The notes under the pieces were generated by a model. That model had not been told where the DNA came from and did no database searches. It saw only the letters and a program-made list of their open reading frames with translations. Positions 58,001 through 64,000 of a stretch of DNA of 64,000 nucleotides are shown here, piece by piece. Origin of the DNA: a virus (lineage: Duplodnaviria; Caudoviricetes); IMG/VR virus record IMGVR_UViG_3300046786_000304, positions 32,001 to 96,000 of that record; one strand, written 5' to 3'. Made by a program: the position numbers and the translations under genes. Position 1 is the first letter of the stretch. Each line of letters begins with the position of its first letter.

Positions 58001-60751
58001 AAATGGCATATTTGTCGACATTATACCAAATTTGCTCAACGGTTCATTGTGCTTTAATAATGTACCGCCACCTAAGATTGTTGTTTGTAATAATGCGTCA
58101 CTGTCAATCGATTCCCTAATGTTTGTAGAATGAGATTTAATATTAGTAGCATGTTGATACAAACTGTAATAATTAATATCAGACAATTTCTTGTTTAAAG
58201 GATTAATTTTCAACGACATAGGCGCTGTTCTGGTCGTTGGCCAAGTAACTATACTGTTAACCGCAAGTTTGTCGCCTGATTTAGCTTTCTTATCTAAGCT
58301 ACTTGTTGAAACAATTTTTTGATTAGAATCTAAAGATCCATCGGCACGTGTGACATCGGATATCGTATAATCGTATCCGTTGAATACTGGATTGGTCTGA
58401 TCTTTGATATAAACGTCTTGTAAGAATCTCCATTTATTAACAGGTTTAACTGTTGCCGGCTTATAAGTCGCTGTTGCAAATTTCCAAAGCAATCTTGTAT
58501 TTTCAACGAACAATTCATTATCTATATAAGATGAATCAACTAGTATACTGTCGGATAAGTCTAATTCTATCGCACCATTTCTTATTCCATTATTAACACA
58601 ATAAGGTGCTGTCAATGCCACTGGTGTTGTAACATTATTAATTACCGGAGCTTTAAATATCGTCAGTATTTCAGGCAAGTCATGGCAGACTATTTTAAAT
58701 TTGCCGCCAGATACTAATGGAATAAAAGATTCATATGCATTAAAACCTTTTTTACTTGAAAATTCAATTAATCCATAACCTGTTACTTCGAAATAAAATC
58801 TAAGAACTTTTTTAGTATCGTAGTATACATGTATAGTATCAAATCCAGTGGCAATTGGACTAACCGATGCAGACCATGGTTCTTCTGTTAAACTTTCATA
58901 TTGAAGATCTTGAATCTGTTTTGTAAAATTTAAGCCTTTTCTATTTTGATAGAAAGGAACAATCCTATTAAGATATTGATATCCGTATGGTCCTGATAAG
59001 ACTACGTTTTCGCCAGTGGTTGCGTCACTATAAGAATAAGATGAATCAACGTCTGTTATAAATTTTAATTGATTTGGGCTTACCGCGCTAGAATTATTTT
59101 CATCAATTAAGTCAAAGTCAATGCTACTTACTTCTATATGCTTATCAAGTACAGCATCATACGTGTTACCATCCTTGAAGCCTAAAATAATGCCGCCAGC
59201 GAACTGTGTCTCATTTAAATTTTCTAAATTAACGCCATCGCTTTTAAAGAATTGAAACAATAAGTTTTGATTCTTGGTTGTTTTGTTTTGTGCTAGTTGC
59301 CATTTATTATTTTTGTATATGACTCTATGATAACGTAGATCTGTTTTAGCAACAATAAGGGCGCCGTCTAATGAAACACTTGTATAAACCTTTTCAAAAG
59401 TAATACCAGTACCTACACCGGATACTTTATAAATTCCGTTAGTACCTTCAAAAACTACAAGATCGTTGTTTTGTACAGAATAACCATAGCTATCTTTTAA
59501 AGTTAGTCGTTGTGGACTTGTATATACCCCAATAGTATATGGGAACAAGCATTTAATTTCTGCTTTAGTTGTTGCAGGCCAATTATATACTTTCATGTCT
59601 TTGATGAAAGTAATAATAGGACGCTTGGCTTTATTTTGTACTGTTGCGAATTCTTCTATGCTTACATTTAAAAATTTTGCAACTGCTCTAATAGTATTGA
59701 TATGATACCAATGGTCTATAATTTGCCAGTGATTAGGATTAGCTGATTTCTCTTGCGTGATATATTCAGGTTCGCTGGTAACAATCATGCTACCGTCCCA
59801 CACTTCGCTGGCCCACTTAATTGCCGGTGGATCATCGAATGGACTAGTTTTATCCCATGGTCGTTTTTTAAGCCAACTATTAGGTATTCTTTTATCTATA
59901 GCACTAGCCGGTAATAATCCAATACCGTCGCCTATACCATGAACATAAAAAAGTTTAACTTCTTCGTCAATTGCCTTACCAGTGCCAGTACCCGGGCCAG
60001 TGGCAATAAACGATGTACCAATGATTGGATCTACTGCTCCAATGGCAGTAAAATCCGTAGTACCAAATTCTGTAATTTCATAACTTTTGCCTACAACAAA
60101 ATTTCCAGCGTTTATTTCATTGAAACTTCTATAGGCTCTATCAACATTACCAGTAAAATACAAAGTCATTCCATTTTGTAATTCTAATGTCTGGCCAGTT
60201 AGATCGTCTTTGATTTGAGCAAATGGGCGGCCGAGAACATCATTGGTAATACTGTATTTGTTACTACCACCAGGACCTGGATCTGCATGGATTTGACATG
60301 CTGGCAAATCATTAGCTATCCAATAATACAAATTGTAATCTGTAATTTTAATAGGATTGATTGGCAACTCTAGTACATTGATATCTTTATCTAACATTAC
60401 ACCGTCTTTTAATGGTGCGCCTTTAATAGTTAAATAATTTTCAATGTCTATGTATGAACTCTTGCCAAGATAATTGTCATCCGAATCGGAAATCACTAGC
60501 ATGTTGTTTGCTTGACTTTCGCGACGAATTTCATTACTTTCAACTTTAAAGAATTCTTCGGGTCTATTACTAGCTGTTCTTAATCCATATGTTTCTTTAA
60601 ATGGTAGCAGTTGTCCTTTGCTAGTCATTACATCTAGCGTAGAATCTAACATTTTTTTGTTAGGTTCCGTAGTAAAGACATTAGGTAGTAACTTATAGTT
60701 ACTAACCTTTTGTGCTATTTGTTGATTTGGTTTTTTAGTTTGTCTGCTCAT
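52019..60751 (-). CDS. Very large (2910 aa) virion structural protein, probably baseplate-associated
   Basis: Uninterrupted 8.7-kb ORF coupled (ATGA) to the baseplate wedge gene; contains aromatic CBM-like repeats. Confidence 0.75.
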   Translation of the reverse strand: MSRQTKKPNQQIAQKVSNYKLLPNVFTTEPNKKMLDSTLDVMTSKGQLLPFKETYGLRTASNRPEEFFKVESNEIRRESQANNMLVISDSDDNYLGKSSYIDIENYLTIKGAPLKDGVMLDKDINVLELPINPIKITDYNLYYWIANDLPACQIHADPGPGGSNKYSITNDVLGRPFAQIKDDLTGQTLELQNGMTLYFTGNVDRAYRSFNEINAGNFVVGKSYEITEFGTTDFTAIGAVDPIIGTSFIATGPGTGTGKAIDEEVKLFYVHGIGDGIGLLPASAIDKRIPNSWLKKRPWDKTSPFDDPPAIKWASEVWDGSMIVTSEPEYITQEKSANPNHWQIIDHWYHINTIRAVAKFLNVSIEEFATVQNKAKRPIITFIKDMKVYNWPATTKAEIKCLFPYTIGVYTSPQRLTLKDSYGYSVQNNDLVVFEGTNGIYKVSGVGTGITFEKVYTSVSLDGALIVAKTDLRYHRVIYKNNKWQLAQNKTTKNQNLLFQFFKSDGVNLENLNETQFAGGIILGFKDGNTYDAVLDKHIEVSSIDFDLIDENNSSAVSPNQLKFITDVDSSYSYSDATTGENVVLSGPYGYQYLNRIVPFYQNRKGLNFTKQIQDLQYESLTEEPWSASVSPIATGFDTIHVYYDTKKVLRFYFEVTGYGLIEFSSKKGFNAYESFIPLVSGGKFKIVCHDLPEILTIFKAPVINNVTTPVALTAPYCVNNGIRNGAIELDLSDSILVDSSYIDNELFVENTRLLWKFATATYKPATVKPVNKWRFLQDVYIKDQTNPVFNGYDYTISDVTRADGSLDSNQKIVSTSSLDKKAKSGDKLAVNSIVTWPTTRTAPMSLKINPLNKKLSDINYYSLYQHATNIKSHSTNIRESIDSDALLQTTILGGGTLLKHNEPLSKFGIMSTNMPFDLGDLLIRQGKHYDSFLGKLKTEIESVINSVDETAYSSHDLLTMAISKIYVTTANDNTFWTHSNMMGWGEKLDNYREVNFVVNNNLLFDLTGDFEYISHRAGKEYVLHLILNEQGMPKRYLKRDVDYTLVNGTDEYTQIQFSSDFIGKNVNIKQWYGRYKSQIPASLAKIGLAPVYMPEIIEDTTTPGKFFMYRHDGTRYYLEDGVTDFYPNNLVEQLLYEYELAVWSSITRDIKTNNFRSYVETIPGYFRPLDKGLPAVNQVMLNETKQWLNQNNLFMMPNSDYDANNGFTQIYQLGTGEDIYSMSGSWRLIYQFLFDTDRPHTHPWEMLGYTLKPTWWDTHYSWTDPVKRVELEKALRTGNIDAPPAITINPKFARCNELSMLDEDGISLQNFPVDSDGNLLPPNQLSWLWLTTLNPESAWLPGEGSPYEQVFYNTQWGIAARSKMWYLRNPVQYVNTNWLPGQTILNSWGNKLDRTTNFWQQGNIAHNYHRQVVDGETVYTSGIESLFSEFCILNNKDFVTEVIDKFGNIKVNKEFLLNGFTNKENIRIQSTSINSQQITLFVPEESYAVRTVNHYPDKEIFYSGVRIIWDGEYYIVTGFATEDGYLSYFIPDSNSSVTAVTVGDSTFKQKNTYSNELYYQNYGVRYKNRQDVFDMLIGYGKYLESLGFVFEEPEGGDLRDWQLSAKQFVFWSNSPLAAGSYIDLNPAADELVIKAITGHLDNLEGTNENVGQCVDRFNKPLFSKDLLVNRFNDNRITIKTKDANRSIYGIKLTFSSFETVIHLNSTSVFNDVYFLPEQSTTKRSFVIGGKKSQDWTGAYFAPGYVITDGGIIPNYDSMAERGRNLLDVESVVLDQTVLEASRAQFGLNRNQELRQLFLQEENEILFKNAITYNKGTVEVFNKLAPLTHKDESQAKPYEEYMVRLGELGNTKNIEYYEFEMLSSDIRHPSKTSQVVKFIDKTEPATNDNILYFKNNSKRWVHRPFNKDLTFKTFDRTYHDLATGGPLFEGDTDLVVDTLEGLSGLYDNFAELWSIKHYDETASYKQYDQVRINGKLYYAKTTVSPGTWSANNDKFSQIDEPYLPNIYVRNYYKTNPDLANIGLTEFKPGTWQVLQTVDRNANVVEICPGPDDFSKARISTGTVDYGLKVGDYVLIVNSETTNSSLDGIWKVEKLEQLTETKNSVTTTTYFFYVNTKVSGTSYSGKIFTFKPIRFKNYTDYRLATGTDANAYGYAWKKKYNPFTNAISQTTLTKTDTPSGYNPTWPIAIVDDGLNTDNVEATFDDGNYAVYDSRNWNVPLKEESNPVDPSDIDHLIIYDYADNKTVIKLDLFDPKKLYIPEVFKNDIDVINRVDPAKYNRSTDTYKAVYSSMGWHEEYIGRRWWDTSTTKFSDYESGDELTKEKYWGTTVNNSLPDVYEWTKSPVHPSQWDKLVEKGGTVFGQLASGEVYVDRAMNTDNYHWVEEEDYINGETFTVYYFWVKNKNVIAEQSKQSRVYTTEQLSKVLLNPSAAGIPWWAPISNNAIMLKGVQPYLNNTSTVVQIKKKTKGNEKHQQWIFISEDNTVETIPEWLHVRLRDSLSAHIFYRKRAVYEQFDSTKTYTQDDLVKYNGYFYVCRYTTRGAFQSDAWQALPIQYYSTTKTYNKLDVVLFNDNIYVCKSTASGAWDTTKWQVLPAGSLSVRDIDPTHNTLDFNITKNVPDIFNLHPYGRLGNLVRPYIQSWFDDALEARRTFIKKLNDIMVNVNISNIDAWGNTRLNNQYYVVGDEIIDVTAFWTYADYRSETYDSTKEISLVLESVADIYATTVTTGSYIKINTGIRDYTIFEKNVDGSFSPVYKTKGAIKFSSDLYAPWSLSSWDTIGWDKVPWDYDLNSVYNAILDSLRYEIFIGQYSKYYSKIMCTMFRYVMSEQVGVDWLAKSSTVEPVNLISSTLEVDDSLQRDQITVLANFYNTVKSYRDKIRGGTVDRTVTETVQMEIGEELIIIDNGVQIY
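52973..53221 (-). repeat. Two tandem ~41-aa CBM5/12-like protein repeats
   Basis: YEQFDSTKTYTQDDLVKYNGYFYVC..AWQAL and IQYYSTTKTYNKLDVVLFNDNIYVC..KWQVL. A third copy lies at 54767-54883. Confidence 0.6.
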
Positions 60752-63700
60752 CGACCGATCCTAATGTTGCTGTCAGTAATTTCTGAAATAACTATGATAT
60801 CATTTACCGTTGCTACGCTGGTAACAACTTCATTTCTGTCTGGTTGAATTTGGAATAAAGTACCAAATTTGCTGTCTTGACTTAATGGAACAATAACCAC
60901 ACTACTTAAATCTGTGCTTAAACTTGTGTGTATGTATGCTGCCAATTCAGTGAAGTAAAAAATTTCGCCGAAGTTAAAATTACCTGGTGTAAAAAATTTA
61001 TCGACAGCGGCAATTACTTTGCTTTTTATTTCGCTGTCTGTTAATTTACTTTTTACATTCTTAACTACTTTGAATTGTGCTTGGAATTCTTTGTCTGCTA
61101 AGTTACCAAACAATGGTTTAAATTTAACAGGATGGAATATTAATTCATCTGTCATCATTTTATAACTTAGTAATCCAGCAAAACTACTTCTTAGTTCTTC
61201 TGTTGTTTGTGGCAAAGGTGCAGTAATGCTGGTATTTCCGCTTTTCTTCCAACTAGTGTAATCATCGTTGTAGCTTTTCGTTAAAACATACGCATCGATA
61301 ATATTAGTCAAGCTTGGATTCAATGATTGATCTATGTCAACTACGTGTTCCCACTTAAAGGATAATGTATTTGTCCCTGGTACTGTTTTAACACCGTCTG
61401 CTACGTCGCCTGAAAGAGGAACCAAGTATGTGAAATCACCTTCGTCGTATTCAACTAAAGTTAAACTATCATTGCCTACAGTAGAAATAAAATGTTCAGG
61501 ATCGTCTGGCAAGAAATCATTGTCCAAGTCTAATGGTGTAACTTTAACTTTACTATTGTCAGTATATCCATCGTCATAGACATAATATCCGCTGATCTTA
61601 TAAGCCTTAGACTCTTGTATTTTATTGTTTGTACCTAAGGTTAATAAACTGATAGTATCTTTGCTCATTGAAGAGAAGCTTGGATTAAATGTAGGACTCC
61701 AATTGATGTTATAGAATCTAATAAGTTCGTCACTGCCAAAGATATAATCAAGTTGACGAATAGTAATCTTCCAGCCAGCGCCATCTCTTATACAGGCTAT
61801 TAACCATTCATTGTTATCGCCGGTTCTGTTCCATGTTGATTCGATATTAACTAAGTTATTAATTATAGTCCATCGTGGTGTTAAGTTATCAAATTTTAAT
61901 GCAAAGCTTTCTTTGGCATTTAACTTGGCAATAATTGCCGCTCTTGTTAAATCATCAAACACGCGAGTAAATGGAGGTAAAATTTCCTTAATTAAATCAG
62001 TCGATGTAATAGACTTACTAAGTTCAACAGTACCCATACCATTAACTAGCAAACCTGTATAAACATAATCAATGTCTTCAATGCCTAATCCATCGCCTTT
62101 AACGTCATACACGTTGGCCCAACGTGAAGTGCCTTCCGGTGTTTGTAATCTTAATATTGATCCAGGACGCAAAGAACGCAGTTCTCCGCCTGTTGTAAAT
62201 CCTAATTTTACTGGAGCTTTGTTGCCATTGGATTCGGAAATATAACCATTGCTACTATTGGCATCATTGTATGCCAGTCTCCAACGATAGTCTAAAACTT
62301 TATAAACTCTAGATCCAGCAGTATGACTTGCGGATGCAGTCCCTTGTGTGGCACGTTGAACTCCAATAAATGTTGTGCTATTCTGCATGCCAGTGTACGT
62401 AAACAATTCATCGCCGATCATTAACATGCCACCGTCGATGTCAAAATTATCATAAGGATCATCTGTGTTTGTATGATCAACTACTAATGAATTAAAAACA
62501 TCATTGACACCAATCGCATTGGTTAACGTAGTGTAATAAATTGTTTTTCCTAGTGTAACTGTTGGAAAATAATTTAACGCATTATTTCCAGTGACTCCTT
62601 GTAGATTTAATTTACCATAGTAAAAGTTTAACAAGCCAACATTACTTAATTTGCTTTCAATGTATTCGTCTAATAAGTCCACAGTTCGGCGAGTGCTGTC
62701 ATCTGGAACAAATGCATTTTTAACAGATTCTTCTTTGTATAGATAGCCGTCATCGGCAAATTCCATCAATGGGCGATTCTTGCCTGTTGGATCTTTCAAG
62801 TCAACATATCTGCTATGTCCACTGAATGTTCTATTTTCCGCTTTAAGCACTAATACGTCGTTGTTTAATGTAGGTAAAAATCCGTTGTAGTCATCGGCAG
62901 TAACCATTCTATTTTTACTATAGAATGCTTCTGGTGCGTTGCGTTTAATTTCATCTATAGATTCTGCAGGCAAGCCTGTAACCATGTTGTCCTGCAACTC
63001 CATTGTCAGTGACAATGTCTGTGTTTGGTTGTCTGCGTTACGATAGCTAATATCAAAAGTAACACCAGCGATTTCTCCTGACTTGACTCTGATGAAATTA
63101 TTTTCTGCTGTTCTATACCATACACGAATATTACCAGTAGGAACATTAGTAAACGTACCGTCACCAAATTTAATACTTGTTACGTCATTGTCTGTGTATA
63201 ATACTTCATATATGTCTTTGTTCGCTGAACCATATTCGTTGACAACAATGTTACTAAAGTCCAAGTTACTAACTCGTGTCCATGTTTTAATTACAGATCC
63301 GTTGTCGTCAATTGTTTGTACATAAAAATCTTCTTCACTGATATTATTAGTCAAAGGAATATCAATAACAGCGTTGGCAACTGGACTTGTTATAGGCTCT
63401 ATGGTATTAGAAATATAGCCTTGTTTGGCTAAAAAGAAGAAACCAGTTTTTGTACTGCCAACACCTTTGCCATCATTACGATACATTACACTAAATGAAT
63501 TGTTATAATCTGGTTCGACTTGAGAAATAATACCCGCTGTGTTAATATCAACTGGCACTAAATCAAAGTTTAAATTATAACCATCAACTGTAGCACGAAT
63601 AGGCAAATTAACAATAGCGTTTGTATTATTAAAATTATATATTTCGTATAATGTATTGTTTGTGCTGTTGGTTGTTCGTTTAACTGGATTACCAAATTTA

Positions 63701-64000
63701 TTGTTGTCATTGAAAGCGGCGTTCATGACTCTAATGAAACGTTCATATTCTAATTCGCTGGGATCACTGCCCCACTGTATAGTTTTATTAGATAAGTTTA
63801 CACCTGTGCTGTCAATGATTTGGTCGCTACTAACTGCACTTACTACTTTTAAAAATCCTTGGGCAGGGCGAACACGCTTAGGTTTATAAGACAGCATACG
63901 TGCGATGCGTAATACGCTTTCACGCTTTTCTGCTGTGTCCAGAATGTTTTCTCTGGCATTCAAATCCATACGGAACGCTAGATTTTGTCCTACATAAGCT
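60748..64000 (-). CDS. Baseplate wedge subunit, T4 gp6-like; 5' end lies beyond the window
   Basis: The frame is open to the window edge (AYVGQNLAFRMDLNARENILDTAEKRESVLRIARMLSYKP, a gp6-type N-terminal motif). ESIDEIKRNAP..RMVTADDY matches the baseplate J/gp6 motif. Confidence 0.88.
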   Translation of the reverse strand, partial: AYVGQNLAFRMDLNARENILDTAEKRESVLRIARMLSYKPKRVRPAQGFLKVVSAVSSDQIIDSTGVNLSNKTIQWGSDPSELEYERFIRVMNAAFNDNNKFGNPVKRTTNSTNNTLYEIYNFNNTNAIVNLPIRATVDGYNLNFDLVPVDINTAGIISQVEPDYNNSFSVMYRNDGKGVGSTKTGFFFLAKQGYISNTIEPITSPVANAVIDIPLTNNISEEDFYVQTIDDNGSVIKTWTRVSNLDFSNIVVNEYGSANKDIYEVLYTDNDVTSIKFGDGTFTNVPTGNIRVWYRTAENNFIRVKSGEIAGVTFDISYRNADNQTQTLSLTMELQDNMVTGLPAESIDEIKRNAPEAFYSKNRMVTADDYNGFLPTLNNDVLVLKAENRTFSGHSRYVDLKDPTGKNRPLMEFADDGYLYKEESVKNAFVPDDSTRRTVDLLDEYIESKLSNVGLLNFYYGKLNLQGVTGNNALNYFPTVTLGKTIYYTTLTNAIGVNDVFNSLVVDHTNTDDPYDNFDIDGGMLMIGDELFTYTGMQNSTTFIGVQRATQGTASASHTAGSRVYKVLDYRWRLAYNDANSSNGYISESNGNKAPVKLGFTTGGELRSLRPGSILRLQTPEGTSRWANVYDVKGDGLGIEDIDYVYTGLLVNGMGTVELSKSITSTDLIKEILPPFTRVFDDLTRAAIIAKLNAKESFALKFDNLTPRWTIINNLVNIESTWNRTGDNNEWLIACIRDGAGWKITIRQLDYIFGSDELIRFYNINWSPTFNPSFSSMSKDTISLLTLGTNNKIQESKAYKISGYYVYDDGYTDNSKVKVTPLDLDNDFLPDDPEHFISTVGNDSLTLVEYDEGDFTYLVPLSGDVADGVKTVPGTNTLSFKWEHVVDIDQSLNPSLTNIIDAYVLTKSYNDDYTSWKKSGNTSITAPLPQTTEELRSSFAGLLSYKMMTDELIFHPVKFKPLFGNLADKEFQAQFKVVKNVKSKLTDSEIKSKVIAAVDKFFTPGNFNFGEIFYFTELAAYIHTSLSTDLSSVVIVPLSQDSKFGTLFQIQPDRNEVVTSVATVNDIIVISEITDSNIRIGR

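Noticed and set aside
417-63889. Numerous 60-150-aa ORFs antisense to or nested in long genes (e.g. 417-662, 17006-17452, 32989-33387)
   Set aside because: They overlap well-supported genes, lack SD or motifs, and have composition typical of antisense shadows.
1-64000. Alternative genetic code (stop-codon recoding, as in some jumbo phages)
   Set aside because: Code 11 gives near-complete coding density with full-length enzymes; TAA, TGA and TAG all act as stops at coupled gene junctions.
1-64000. tRNA, rRNA or structured ncRNA genes
   Set aside because: Intergenic gaps are almost all under 60 bp and none shows a cloverleaf or an extended structured element.
1-64000. Eukaryotic giant virus (NCLDV) origin, suggested by the glycosylation genes
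   Set aside because: Shine-Dalgarno sites, overlapping operonic genes, a sigma70 promoter, a Rho-independent terminator and a gp6-like baseplate indicate a bacteriophage.

Overview
This 64 kb window is densely coding, AT-rich and almost certainly from a large T4-related tailed phage (jumbo-myovirus type). Supporting evidence: a T4 gp6-like baseplate wedge, a 2910-aa structural protein, tail-fibre-like genes, thyX, TATAAATA late-promoter boxes and a C(UUCG)G terminator. The standard genetic code fits throughout. The left end (1-2345, + strand) carries a VWA-domain gene end, three hypothetical genes and thyX. The right end (49312-64000, - strand) is a baseplate/tail module. Between them lies a ~47 kb, mostly - strand, translationally coupled cluster of cytoplasmic tailoring enzymes: 14 radical SAM/SPASM-twitch paralogs (all with intact CxxxCxxC), 8 SGNH-like proteins, about 9 glycosyltransferase-like proteins in three families, 4 SDR/NDP-sugar enzymes, an RmlC-like epimerase, a minimal split TPP-dependent E1-alpha/E1-beta pair, a NodU/CmcH-type carbamoyltransferase, 2 methyltransferase-like proteins and 2 2OG-Fe(II) oxygenases. 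The cluster starts directly behind a tail-fibre-like gene carrying a (Tyr-Gly)n tract with 21 Tyr in 48 residues. Best hypothesis (inference): a late-expressed pathway that builds and heavily tailors a glycan or other modification on the virion, possibly on the YG tract. DNA hypermodification is the main alternative. No tRNA, rRNA, CRISPR array, intron or intein could be supported. All family calls come from visual motif recognition; no database search was run.
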